DNA from: a virus
Virus record (IMG/VR): IMGVR_UViG_3300028581_000024
Location: 28,063 to 92,062 of that record
DNA: 64,000 bases
Strand: one strand, 5' to 3'
The translations under genes were made by a program, and so were the position numbers. This document shows positions 19,534 to 29,243 of this stretch, one piece after another. The notes under the pieces are model-generated. The model saw only the letters and a program-made list of their open reading frames with translations, ran no database searches and was not told the DNA's origin. How positions within the stretch are numbered: position 1 is the stretch's first letter; each line of letters begins with the position of its first letter.

Positions 19534-20570
19534 TTTATTTGCGCAAGCGTAACACTACCCTTCAATCCACTATAGGTATGTTCAAGAATAAATTTCTCTG
19601 ATATTTCTGTTATATTGTGCTTGATACAAACATCATTAAGATCTTTTATTTTGCCTAATTCTGTTGGCCATAGAAAGACACTGTGACCCTGCTTAAGTAA
19701 AAAAGCGGTCTTCTTTTTACTAGCTTTATCAACACGCTGATTGTCTAATATCCATATTTTGTTAAGTAGATTAAACTGACTTAATTGATTTTCTTGCTTC
19801 TGTGTGAATACTGAACCCTTGCCTTCATTAATACCGGCAACAGCCACACCGTTTTTTACGAAGCATGCATCCAAAGGACCCTCCGTAATAAAAATAGCTT
19901 TCCGCTTCACATCTACTCTATCGATACCAAACAAAGTCTTTTCACTATTTTGCTTTGAGAGGTACTTCGGCATAGGGTGTGCATTATTTTCTATCAAGGT
20001 GCGAGATTGATAGTGTACTATTTTACCATCAACGTCATAAAAAGGAATAATCAATCTATTTTTATGAACTTTATCTGTAAGACTAACCCAGAAAGTCTCC
20101 GGTCTATTGCAGGCATTGCTAAGGCGTCTTGTAGTCAGTAACTGTAATGCTGCTTTTACATATCTATTATCTTTATGGTATTGTATTTGTATACTATCTG
20201 AGAGGTTAATACTATCTTCAGGAAGTACACTAGTAACATTTTCAACAGCAGGCTCCTTAATATCGTGCACTAGATCTTGTGTATAATTGTCAGGGGTAGC
20301 GGAGAACTGATTGTTCTCTCGCATTATCTCAACATAGGTAAGATTAGCCACAGTCTGGATCCATCTCACAGGTCGTACACTTAAGCCGCAATTATGACAG
20401 AAGACTAAGTTCTTTTTTATAATATAATATAGACGTCGCTTCTTACCCCATGAATTGCCCTCACGACATGTAGGACAGCCACCGCTATACGACTTGGTTA
20501 TCTTATTATATTTCGGATACCCAGCGTATTGGTAGAATTTAGAAACAATATAATCTTCGTTTAGTAGCAC
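19530..20570 (-). CDS. gp61: DNA primase
   Basis: CPTC...CHNC zinc finger, RLIIPFY, TOPRIM EGPLD, ILDN, KDLND. Confidence 0.93.
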   Translation of the reverse strand: MLLNEDYIVSKFYQYAGYPKYNKITKSYSGGCPTCREGNSWGKKRRLYYIIKKNLVFCHNCGLSVRPVRWIQTVANLTYVEIMRENNQFSATPDNYTQDLVHDIKEPAVENVTSVLPEDSINLSDSIQIQYHKDNRYVKAALQLLTTRRLSNACNRPETFWVSLTDKVHKNRLIIPFYDVDGKIVHYQSRTLIENNAHPMPKYLSKQNSEKTLFGIDRVDVKRKAIFITEGPLDACFVKNGVAVAGINEGKGSVFTQKQENQLSQFNLLNKIWILDNQRVDKASKKKTAFLLKQGHSVFLWPTELGKIKDLNDVCIKHNITEISEKFILEHTYSGLKGSVTLAQIN

Positions 20571-20576
20571 TACTAT

Positions 20577-20604
20577 AGTATAAAGGAATAATTGATAATA
20601 TCAA
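20577..20604 (-). promoter_or_regulatory. sigma70-like promoter of primase
   Basis: TTGATA-N16-TATACT, 6 nt to GTG. Confidence 0.7.
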
Positions 20605-20607
20605 TTA

Positions 20608-20793
20608 TCAATTAGCTTCTGGCTTAATATCTTCGATACTAACTAAACCCTTACGGATAAAGGTACCGCTGGCGGGATCAATCCAATGTGCTTCTTTATG
20701 CAATTTATTACCAACAATACGTTCAACAATTCTAGGCTCCACAGGCTGACCGCTAATCGGGCTAGCTATCTTACAAGGTCTTACGTAATCCAT
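20608..20793 (-). CDS. small hypothetical late protein
   Basis: 61 aa; AATAAATA 4 nt upstream. Confidence 0.5.
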   Translation of the reverse strand: MDYVRPCKIASPISGQPVEPRIVERIVGNKLHKEAHWIDPASGTFIRKGLVSIEDIKPEAN

Positions 20794-20796
20794 ACA

Positions 20797-21135
20797 TTAT
20801 TTATTCTCAACCACTGCCTTATCAACAGATTGGGCTCGCTTCTGAGACCTAGTCTTTTTATATTGTTCTATACAAACTGTATAGATGTCAGAGGGTAGTT
20901 GCTCTACTAAGGTTAGAATTTTAGATTTAATGCTTGATTCGAATACCTTTTTAGGTACTTCTCTAATATGCATTTTTGGTAAACTCAAAAACATATATAC
21001 TTCATTTTGTTCTTCTGTATATACAAAAAACTCGCCAATATAATCACCAGTAGTAACGGCAAAAATATCCCTCTTACGTGGCTTTGATTTATTTCGAAAG
21101 AACATTTCTTGCAAAAAGCGAAATATCTCGCTCAA
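20797..21135 (-). CDS. hypothetical protein
   Basis: 112-aa ORF in the clamp operon. Confidence 0.5.
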   Translation of the reverse strand: MSEIFRFLQEMFFRNKSKPRKRDIFAVTTGDYIGEFFVYTEEQNEVYMFLSLPKMHIREVPKKVFESSIKSKILTLVEQLPSDIYTVCIEQYKKTRSQKRAQSVDKAVVENK

Positions 21136-21961
21136 GTGATGTTATGGCTGAGGGCAATTCTAAATTATAGCTACGCAACTTTTCTGTACTTAAAACACAG
21201 TTGCTTCTATTAGCGACCGTGTTGAGTTGCTCAATATCAATAAACTGCCAATCCAGATTTACCACATCATACTTCTTTAATAAATTAGTTATTTCTTCCG
21301 CATTAAACGCTCCAGGATTGACCACGTTGATAGGACCGGACGGTATTTGTTTATAGATGTAAAGGAACTTACAAATAAATTCATTTAAATCATTCGTACT
21401 TGTTAAACTGTTTTTCATGCTTATAAGATTACTGTATTTGTAAAGCTTATTAAGATAATTTTTTGAAGCTAACGAACTGTCAAAGGGCATTCTGATACGC
21501 AAAATATAACCATAACAGTTTTGAAAAATTGTTTCACATGCATGCTTGCTCTTACTATAAAAGCTACTTTCATTATTAAAAAGACCGAAATTAGGTTCAT
21601 CTTCTTCGGTGAATTCTTTTTCATAACCGCTATAAATACAACCGCTGCTAACTTGAATAGTTGGTATAGCAAAAGCATTACTCGACAGGACAATATTTCT
21701 CGGAACTATAACATTCCAAAACCAACACGCTTGTTTATTTTTCTCACAAGCATCGACATTCGGAGAACCAGTATAACCTGAACAGTTGATTACTGCTTCA
21801 TATTCATTCGAGTGTTCTTTTAAATATTTTTGTAGAATTACTGGTGATGTGTAATCGAGCTGGTCTCTACTAAAAAAATCTACCTTAACATTATTGCGTA
21901 ATAGTGTCTGCTCTAAACTCGTACCAATATAGCCTCTTCCCAACAATAAAATTGACTTCAT
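21089..21961 (-). CDS. NAD(P)-dependent nucleotide-sugar epimerase/reductase (RmlD / NRS-ER-like SDR)
   Basis: GRGYIG, GYTGSPNVDACE, SSGCIY, YSKSK (YxxxK), LRIRMPF. Confidence 0.85.
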   Translation of the reverse strand: MKSILLLGRGYIGTSLEQTLLRNNVKVDFFSRDQLDYTSPVILQKYLKEHSNEYEAVINCSGYTGSPNVDACEKNKQACWFWNVIVPRNIVLSSNAFAIPTIQVSSGCIYSGYEKEFTEEDEPNFGLFNNESSFYSKSKHACETIFQNCYGYILRIRMPFDSSLASKNYLNKLYKYSNLISMKNSLTSTNDLNEFICKFLYIYKQIPSGPINVVNPGAFNAEEITNLLKKYDVVNLDWQFIDIEQLNTVANRSNCVLSTEKLRSYNLELPSAITSLERDISLFARNVLSK

Positions 21962-22266
21962 TTCTCGTCAGCGCTACCCGGGTTACCTACTACATTAAAA
22001 ATAAAACGATTTATAGCTGCCGATAATGCATCTGCATCCATTTGATTTTTTGCATGAATTATATTAACTGGCATACCATTAATATCATATCCTAAGACAA
22101 TAAACGCGCTCAAATACTCAGAGATTAAACCAGTTAAGTTCTGAAGATTTTTAGATTTTTCATTCTTAAGTTGACCATGCTGCGCCATGTAGTCTTGTAT
22201 AACAGAGCGAATGAGATCGTCAACCTGACCTTTATTCTTATGAAGATTTGAATCTGTTTGCTTCAT
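21958..22266 (-). CDS. hypothetical protein
   Basis: start moved to MKQTDSN (22266) to avoid a long overlap with the upstream gene. Confidence 0.5.
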   Translation of the reverse strand: MKQTDSNLHKNKGQVDDLIRSVIQDYMAQHGQLKNEKSKNLQNLTGLISEYLSAFIVLGYDINGMPVNIIHAKNQMDADALSAAINRFIFNVVGNPGSADEK

Positions 22267-22285
22267 ATTTTTAGAGTCTTCCTTG

Positions 22286-22654
22286 TTATTTTTTTTGGGA
22301 TGCTTCACTACTATATTTAGGGCGCTCAGCATAATAAGGAGAATTTTGAGGTGTATTTGCAATACCTTTACTAAGCAGATAGGAGATAATAACTTCAATG
22401 CTGTCAGTTTTAATACTGAAGTTACGAGGAATTGCTAACCCACCATCATTCAATTCAAACATAATTTCATTCATGAAGTGTTTATTGTGGAAACATGTAA
22501 TAAACAAACTAGTAGACCCCGGATTAACAAGCACTGTCCAGCGACGGGGGTCATGCTCACCGAAACCATTGAATAATTTTAACGCAATAAAACCATTATC
22601 ACGTAATCTCTTCATGAAGTAACCGGGTGTTGTTATTTTATTTTTTGAGCTCAC
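22286..22654 (-). CDS. hypothetical protein
   Basis: 122-aa ORF coupled to clamp gene. Confidence 0.55.
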   Translation of the reverse strand: MSSKNKITTPGYFMKRLRDNGFIALKLFNGFGEHDPRRWTVLVNPGSTSLFITCFHNKHFMNEIMFELNDGGLAIPRNFSIKTDSIEVIISYLLSKGIANTPQNSPYYAERPKYSSEASQKK

Positions 22655-23379
22655 TTGATTAAAGATGACGCTATATAGCGAGTTTTTACAGGACCGTCGA
22701 GTAGTTGAAATAATACGACCCCTAATTTTTGATTAATTTTACACTCTAACTGCTTTACTCTCACACTACTAATTATTCTTATCAATTCGAAGTTCAAGCA
22801 TAAATTTGTTAATTCCTCTCCTTTGTATTCACTAAGGGGTATCGAAATACTGTCAACATTTTGACGAGCTCGATCCGTAAGGTCACCAAAGATCTTTCCT
22901 TCTTTTGAATATAGATATAATTTGTTACTCTCTGACGCAAAGGTAGACCCTCTAAGCAGTTCGATTAGTGATTTATATTGAATAACAAACTCAATTGGAA
23001 AATTTAAACTAGCTATTTTTGATACATTTACCTTGGGCGCAGTAATGATACCATCTTCAAGCAAATGATATTTAAAGCGTATCTCAGGACCGCTGTAGTT
23101 GATATTATTTTTATCTACAGTAATCGTAAAGCTATCTGTACTGATACACTCAAATGCCTTGATAACCTTTTTAATGTCTGAAATATTTAAATGAATAGGA
23201 ACATCAATATTAGTATCAACTTTGTACTGTGAATGAAGTATTACTGAGGTATCAGAAGTACAAACTAGGCTTGAAAAACCTTCCCCATCCAAAGTTACGA
23301 CACAACTATCATTTAGCTTGCCTAATGGCTGTAGAAAGCCATTTATAAAGAGTTTTTTATCAGGAATATTTACATTCAC
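22651..23379 (-). CDS. gp45: DNA polymerase sliding clamp (gp45-like)
   Basis: 242-aa two-domain alpha/beta size and pattern, ends RYIASSL; replication-module context. Confidence 0.7.
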   Translation of the reverse strand: MNVNIPDKKLFINGFLQPLGKLNDSCVVTLDGEGFSSLVCTSDTSVILHSQYKVDTNIDVPIHLNISDIKKVIKAFECISTDSFTITVDKNNINYSGPEIRFKYHLLEDGIITAPKVNVSKIASLNFPIEFVIQYKSLIELLRGSTFASESNKLYLYSKEGKIFGDLTDRARQNVDSISIPLSEYKGEELTNLCLNFELIRIISSVRVKQLECKINQKLGVVLFQLLDGPVKTRYIASSLIK

Positions 23380-23413
23380 AAGGATTATTATATACTACAA
23401 AAACGAAAAGCAA

Positions 23414-23842
23414 TCAGGTTGTTTTAAATAAGTCAACAATACGGTCTAACCTATCAAGAATACGATCTAACTTATCATTGATAGTGGTGGGTGTTATCGG
23501 CTTATTAAAATCAAAAACTAATTGATTTGGATCTTCAGCAGGCTGCTGTACTGTAACTGCAACTGGTGGCGCTTGTTGTGACTGTATTACAGGCTGTTGT
23601 ACAACCTGGATAGGATTAAATTCAATTGTTGGTTGAAGGTTAGGCTGTTGAGGCGTTGTCTGATCTGTAGTTATTCGGAAAACATTCTGCAAATCTGTTT
23701 TAACACCAGAAATGTTCTTAGAGGACCCAACACTTTGGCGGTCGATTTGCTTGAGCTCAGCTAACGTAGTACCAAGTAATGCCATGATGGCATTCTTGCC
23801 TTCTACACTATTAGGATCAACTGCAACAAGACCGTCAGACAT
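23414..23842 (-). CDS. hypothetical protein with QLVFDF clamp-binding-like motif
   Basis: Gln/Pro-rich linker, EDPNQLVFDF, C-terminal coiled coil; between SSB and clamp. Confidence 0.5.
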   Translation of the reverse strand: MSDGLVAVDPNSVEGKNAIMALLGTTLAELKQIDRQSVGSSKNISGVKTDLQNVFRITTDQTTPQQPNLQPTIEFNPIQVVQQPVIQSQQAPPVAVTVQQPAEDPNQLVFDFNKPITPTTINDKLDRILDRLDRIVDLFKTT

Positions 23843-24675
23843 TAATCAAGCCCCTCAAGCAACTTTTTAACAGTGTCATCTTCGAGAACATCTGTTGAAT
23901 CGGTCGCAGAGGGGGTTGAAGCTTCAGACTTATTCGCTTTAACCGGCTTGGCATCAGTGTCAGACGCCTCCGATGAACAATAGTAATGCTCATCGAGCAT
24001 CGATTTCAACTCTTCGTAACTCTTTACAGTAAAGACTGACTCGAGATCGATAATATTTTTATAGGTATCATCAATCTTACCCTTATCTAACCCTTCAACA
24101 GCTCTAGGCATCATAAACTTACTACTAACATAAGTCGGGTAATCCCCCTGCTGCTCTACTTTAATCTTTAGATTACAGCCCTTATCGGTAAGATCAAAAA
24201 TACGAGCACCGAGATCTTCAGACCCCTCACCTTCAATAGCGTCCATAATAATTTTATGGAGTTGCTTACCATAGCGTACAATCATTACCTTACCGTTATT
24301 ATCTGGATTAACGGGGTCGTTTACGACATAGGCATTTACCAGCCACTTTTCAGATCGCAAAATAGCACGGGCTTTAGTCTTCTCATCTTCTGTTCCAGTC
24401 TTAAGAGTTTTATAACGAACCTCGGCAATAGGATCACGAGCACCAAAAGACGTCGGGCTCACCGTATAAACATACTGACCGGTACAAAAACTAGTCCAGC
24501 CAAAAGTATAATAGTGAAAGAATGTCTTGGTTGGATTACCGACATTAGGAAGTAAGCGGACAGTATATGTATTGCCTACTTCAAGTTTCAAAATATCCTT
24601 ATTACGGGATACGGGGTTATTTTTAGCAAGAGCACCTTTAATGCTCTCGAACATCGAATTGGTAATTGTACTCAT
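23842..24675 (-). CDS. gp32: single-stranded DNA-binding protein (gp32-like)
   Basis: VRLLP, YVVNDPVNPDNNGKV..RYGKQL..I, FDL..GCNLKIKV, YPTYVSSKF, acidic tail. Confidence 0.9.
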   Translation of the reverse strand: MSTITNSMFESIKGALAKNNPVSRNKDILKLEVGNTYTVRLLPNVGNPTKTFFHYYTFGWTSFCTGQYVYTVSPTSFGARDPIAEVRYKTLKTGTEDEKTKARAILRSEKWLVNAYVVNDPVNPDNNGKVMIVRYGKQLHKIIMDAIEGEGSEDLGARIFDLTDKGCNLKIKVEQQGDYPTYVSSKFMMPRAVEGLDKGKIDDTYKNIIDLESVFTVKSYEELKSMLDEHYYCSSEASDTDAKPVKANKSEASTPSATDSTDVLEDDTVKKLLEGLD

Positions 24676-24706
24676 ATTGTTTATAATATATGATTAGTTT
24701 TTAAAA

Positions 24707-25344
24707 TCAAGCAAGATTTTTTTTAATTTTTCGCAAACCAGCAATGGCCAGCTGTTTGGCGGACGTACTGCCTAAAAATTTAGTTCGGAAGACAGAAATG
24801 TTGTCGTAGATATCTCCTAAAGTAAATCTAAGCAAATCAGGGTCATGTAATTGCAATTGTTTTTCAAAATTGGCAAATACAAACAGATTATAGATGCTAA
24901 CATTATGATTTTTAAGATGTGTAATAAAGGCATTTTGAATCCCATCTTTGTAGTTAGGGTAATCATCAACAGCAATTGCCTTTTCGTCACAAAACTGTTG
25001 TATGAACTTTAACCCCTTGACAATATTCTTAAGATGATAGCTATCATCAGGTGGTAGTAGCAGCTTCTTCTTTAGTGACATGGTATAAACCTTTATTGCT
25101 TTTGGTGAAGAGTAAAAATTTAAATCAAAGCCGCTCTCACCGGGGTAAATTGTATACGGTGCATTAAAAAATTCTGTTACATCAACATTTTTATTTCGTG
25201 TAAAGAAGTTTTTGAGACGTAGCACGTGGGATATACAATTGACTCTTCAAAACCTTCCCACTGCTTTCTGAATCTGAAGGGTAAACCACTCTGGGTTCTA
25301 GAAATCTTTAAATATGTATTGTAAATTAGCTTATCTAGTGTCAT
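24707..25344 (-). pseudogene. conserved-position hypothetical gene interrupted by a 1-nt frameshift (error or real)
   Basis: ATG 25344 (coupled to upstream stop) gives MTLDKLIYNTYLKISR...YP, 1 nt out of frame with the 172-aa ORF 24707-25225. Confidence 0.55.
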
Positions 25345-25604
25345 TTTTTGCGGTGATTAAGATATTTCATTATATATTTGCTCTTACACAAGGTAGGATC
25401 AAACTCTAAGAATATTCTAACCGCTGATACATCATCTTCAACATCCATAATACTTTTAAATAAGTTTTTTACTCTAAGATCTTGAAGATAAAGAAGCAAA
25501 ATGTTTGCAAGATTGTATTTTTTGTTAAAACATATACAAATATAACTGCAAAAGCATCTAAAAAGATGATCTACTTCCTCGCGATGTAAATTACTAAAAT
25601 TCAT
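25341..25604 (-). CDS. hypothetical protein
   Basis: 87-aa ORF downstream of helicase. Confidence 0.5.
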   Translation of the reverse strand: MNFSNLHREEVDHLFRCFCSYICICFNKKYNLANILLLYLQDLRVKNLFKSIMDVEDDVSAVRIFLEFDPTLCKSKYIMKYLNHRKK

Positions 25605-25655
25605 ACAATTTCAATGACTTACTGAGATTTATAACGTGTTTAATCAAAAGCTAGC

Positions 25656-27020
25656 TTAGGGATTCTCGCTCATTGACGTCAGTGTCTTTGTAAACTGTAT
25701 AGCCTCCTCACTCTCATTTATTGTATCATCTTCTGTAATTACTAGCGTGTTATAATCAATCTTAAGGGCAATACTACCGAAATTAGGCCCGAAACGATTT
25801 TTTGACATGCCAATATTAATAAGACCGAGTTCTTTATCTTCATCTTTTTGCCAAATAGATATAATTGCATCGGACGTTGTAGCAAGACCGATACTTTCAG
25901 AGATAGTTTCCAATCCAGGATTATCTACATTATACCCAGACCGATTTAACTGTGTCGCAGAAACAATTGGACACATAATATCATAACTAATTGCCCTAAC
26001 TTGCTGTGCACAATACAGAATTCGTTCATAACTATTATTGCCTAGAGGACTGTGTAGCAAATTAAGATAATCGAGCACAATTAAATCAATCTTAATACCT
26101 TTCTGCATTAACTTTTTAATAAAACCTTTGAGCTGAAACGGAGTTAATGTGGATGGTGGGAATTCCTTAATAATAATTTTAGATTTTTTACCCTTAGCTA
26201 TATCTTTTATCTGCTGTTTAAGAGATTCTGACTCTTCTTTAAGATGACTAAGCGGAATACTCGTAATAGCTGATGAAAGTCTTCTTGCATACATCATCTC
26301 ACTCATTTCTAGTGATACAAGCAATACATTTTTACCCTGCATTGCGACATTTGTTGCAACGTTACCAAGGAAAATACTCTTACCAACGTTAGTTTCACCG
26401 GCAAAAACGTACAACGACCTACCATTTTCAAGAAACCCCCCACCTAATTTGTTATCTAACCACCTCCAACCCGTCTTTACACATGGTTCTTCTCTGTGTA
26501 AATCAGAAACAAACCTATCAACCTCGCCAAACAACTCCAAACCCATATTTTGAGTTAAGTTTACACCTACAGCCTTTTCAAATTTCTCTAAAAGTTCTGC
26601 TGTATTAAGCTGTTTACTGTCCAGCCTCTCGGCTGCTTCAAGTAGCGCGTTATAGACACCCTTTTCCTTGAGAAAAATCTCTGTATTTTCTACCAACTCA
26701 CTTCTATTGAACTTTTTATCTATATCGGTAAAGGATATTACAAGCTTTTTGAAATTTTCTTTTAATTCATCCGTAGTTAAGTACGCTTTTAACTCGGTAT
26801 GAGTGGGCACAGTACCATGCTCTTTGAAAAAGCTTACAATAATACGTACAATATTCTTTGTATCAATATTTTTAAAGAACTTTACATCTAAATGATCTAT
26901 CACAGAAGATAGAAACACAGGATCAACCAAGCAATTATACGCAATAATGTGCTCGTAAAAATCTAGATCTAGAGTTTTCTTAGATGGGCTCGTTATTCCA
27001 TTTTCGAATGAAGGCTTCAT
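25656..27020 (-). CDS. gp41: replicative DnaB-like helicase
   Basis: GETNVGKS, SLEM, IIIKEFP, LDYLNL, ATQLNR, SESIG, KNRFG. Confidence 0.95.
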   Translation of the reverse strand: MKPSFENGITSPSKKTLDLDFYEHIIAYNCLVDPVFLSSVIDHLDVKFFKNIDTKNIVRIIVSFFKEHGTVPTHTELKAYLTTDELKENFKKLVISFTDIDKKFNRSELVENTEIFLKEKGVYNALLEAAERLDSKQLNTAELLEKFEKAVGVNLTQNMGLELFGEVDRFVSDLHREEPCVKTGWRWLDNKLGGGFLENGRSLYVFAGETNVGKSIFLGNVATNVAMQGKNVLLVSLEMSEMMYARRLSSAITSIPLSHLKEESESLKQQIKDIAKGKKSKIIIKEFPPSTLTPFQLKGFIKKLMQKGIKIDLIVLDYLNLLHSPLGNNSYERILYCAQQVRAISYDIMCPIVSATQLNRSGYNVDNPGLETISESIGLATTSDAIISIWQKDEDKELGLINIGMSKNRFGPNFGSIALKIDYNTLVITEDDTINESEEAIQFTKTLTSMSENP

Positions 27021-27645
27021 TACTCTTATTCCACTCCTTATCGTTTAAATCCCTTAATCCTGGGCTCTGATGATAGATTAATATAGGCCATACACCTAGT
27101 TTAAGCCGGTTCGCGTTGCAAGTCAAGCTAAAATCAATGTCATAATGGTGCCACATGAATTGTTCATCAAATCTAGCTCTGGCACCACGTATTTTTCTGT
27201 TATCTAAAGCTAAAAAGACACCATCTAGTACAGCAACCCGTGCAGGTGATGGTCCGAATGTTGTAATAGCCATACTTTCCTCTGAAACTGGGTGAGCTGC
27301 AAAGCCTCTATAGTATTCCTTTGAAATCATCCAATGCCATAGATTCTTTTCTTTAATTGTTGGGTTTAAACCACCAGCAACCCCGACAATATCAAAGCGC
27401 TTTAAAGCTGCCCTTAATGTTTGCAGATTACAATACTCTAGACTTATGTCATGATGACATAAAATGATAATATCGTATATAGAATTCTCTTTATTTGTTA
27501 TAACACTATTGTAATACTCTGATAGACCTATAGTTTTGTTATTATAGACGATATGTAGGTCTATATCTTTTAAATCCTTACAGCTACGTTCGAGTAAACA
27601 GTCAGAATCAAGCGGACTTATAGCGAAAATACCTATTTTACTCAC
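26980..27645 (-). CDS. GT-A (GT2-like) glycosyltransferase
   Basis: IILCHHDI, GVAG, VLDGVF, FDEQF..HHYDIDFS, HQSPG. Confidence 0.7.
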   Translation of the reverse strand: MSKIGIFAISPLDSDCLLERSCKDLKDIDLHIVYNNKTIGLSEYYNSVITNKENSIYDIIILCHHDISLEYCNLQTLRAALKRFDIVGVAGGLNPTIKEKNLWHWMISKEYYRGFAAHPVSEESMAITTFGPSPARVAVLDGVFLALDNRKIRGARARFDEQFMWHHYDIDFSLTCNANRLKLGVWPILIYHQSPGLRDLNDKEWNKSNEAFIRKWNNEPI

Positions 27646-27684
27646 GAATAAATATTAATAGATAGATATAAATAATCAAGTATT

Positions 27685-28557
27685 ATGAATTTAGATAGCA
27701 AACTAATGTTTGAAGCGTATATCACTAGTAAACAACAGATTTTAACTGAAGCTCCAATTGAAATGGGTGGGGATATTAATGTCGAGCCTGTAACAAAAAA
27801 GACTTTACCTGGCCAAGGCAAGGGGTATGGTGCCGGTGCTATTACTAAAATTGCAGCAGCGCAAGGTAAGTCTGAAGAAGATGTTGCAACAGAGATGGCA
27901 AAAACGGTTCTAGATTATACAAAAGAGAAAAAAATGGTTGATGGTAAGGAGGTTTACTACTTCCCTGGTGATCCAAAGACATTCATTAACGAACTAACAC
28001 CAGTTTTTAAAGATAAGTTTGGTATTCCTGCTTCCATGGCCGGATTTACTGTGAATTATATTTTAATATATCTATTAAATGCTAAAAAGACTTCTGGTGG
28101 ATTAAAAATGGATGCACAAAAAGTAAAAGCTGCAAAAGAAATGAAAGCTGCTACAAAAGCCGAACCAAAAACAGAGACTGTGTATGAGATTGATAAGGCT
28201 GTACGTATTCCTGAGAAAAATTTAAGAGCTCTTGTGCTTAGTCTGCCTGATGATGATGTGCCTGAGCGTGAAATCCTGTCAGTTGTAAAAACAGCTTTGC
28301 AAGAGTATAATGAAACACCTGGCTTGGCAAAAGAAGATGCAATTAAAATGAGGTCTCTTGAAGTTGTAGACAAATTAACAGAATATGGTGTACTCAAAAC
28401 AAAACAAATTGAAAAGGCCCAAGCTGAAGGTGAAGGCTCTGGAGAAGTAGAAACTGTTGAAGATTTTCCTGAAGGTGATGACATTTACTCAGCAGCCAAA
28501 CAAGAATTTCGCTTGAGAGATACACCAGGTGATAAGAATTACGGTGACTTCAGTTAA
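27685..28557 (+). CDS. hypothetical late/virion protein
   Basis: TATAAATA 27667-27674; starts MNLDSKLMFEAY...ILTE. Confidence 0.55.
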   Translation: MNLDSKLMFEAYITSKQQILTEAPIEMGGDINVEPVTKKTLPGQGKGYGAGAITKIAAAQGKSEEDVATEMAKTVLDYTKEKKMVDGKEVYYFPGDPKTFINELTPVFKDKFGIPASMAGFTVNYILIYLLNAKKTSGGLKMDAQKVKAAKEMKAATKAEPKTETVYEIDKAVRIPEKNLRALVLSLPDDDVPEREILSVVKTALQEYNETPGLAKEDAIKMRSLEVVDKLTEYGVLKTKQIEKAQAEGEGSGEVETVEDFPEGDDIYSAAKQEFRLRDTPGDKNYGDFS

Positions 28558-29243
28558 CTGAAGAACGGGCTATTAAAATCAAAATTTGCCACTGAAGTTA
28601 GTCCCTCTGGGGTTACCTCATACACAACACCTTCTTCAACAGCTTCACTTCCTTTGAACTTTACACTACTAAAGGTATTATCAATTTTATTTGCAAACAA
28701 AGTACTGCCACACCTGGCTATATATACCCCCCTGTAGTCAGTGTTTATAATCCATAAACCAAAAGTGCCTTCAAGGTGTGAGAGAGCAGTTGAAATTATC
28801 TCAACTGAATGGCCCTGTGAATTGACAGCTTGCTGGATCTTGTATAACATAAGTGGAATGGTGCTCGAATCTACTGGGTTCTTCCACTTTGGATCAAACT
28901 GTTGCTTAATTTCATCAAAATTTGTCAAAACACCATTGTGTGCTACAATCCAATTCTCTGTATTGAAGGGGTGAGACGTTTCCCGGGAATACTTTCTCTT
29001 CGAAGAGGTTGGTGCTTGTGTATGTCCTAGTAAATAGAGCGGAGACATCCCAGCATCTTTCAAGCTTTTCTTAATTTCTTTGTCCATATCTTTAACAGCA
29101 ACAGTACCACTCCAGCGATGTACAATAACATTGCTGTCTGTGGTTAAAATGGCTAAAGATGTGGAGAAAGTGCCGCGCTTGCGGTTTAAATCGTAAAGAT
29201 CTAAGAATTGTTCTTGCTTAACAGCGCCAAAAATACCGCACAT
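28554..29243 (-). CDS. class II (Ntn) glutamine amidotransferase, QueC-associated
   Basis: MCGIFG (Cys2 nucleophile), GHTQAPT, HPF, AHNGVL, VDS; abuts queC. Confidence 0.85.
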   Translation of the reverse strand: MCGIFGAVKQEQFLDLYDLNRKRGTFSTSLAILTTDSNVIVHRWSGTVAVKDMDKEIKKSLKDAGMSPLYLLGHTQAPTSSKRKYSRETSHPFNTENWIVAHNGVLTNFDEIKQQFDPKWKNPVDSSTIPLMLYKIQQAVNSQGHSVEIISTALSHLEGTFGLWIINTDYRGVYIARCGSTLFANKIDNTFSSVKFKGSEAVEEGVVYEVTPEGLTSVANFDFNSPFFS

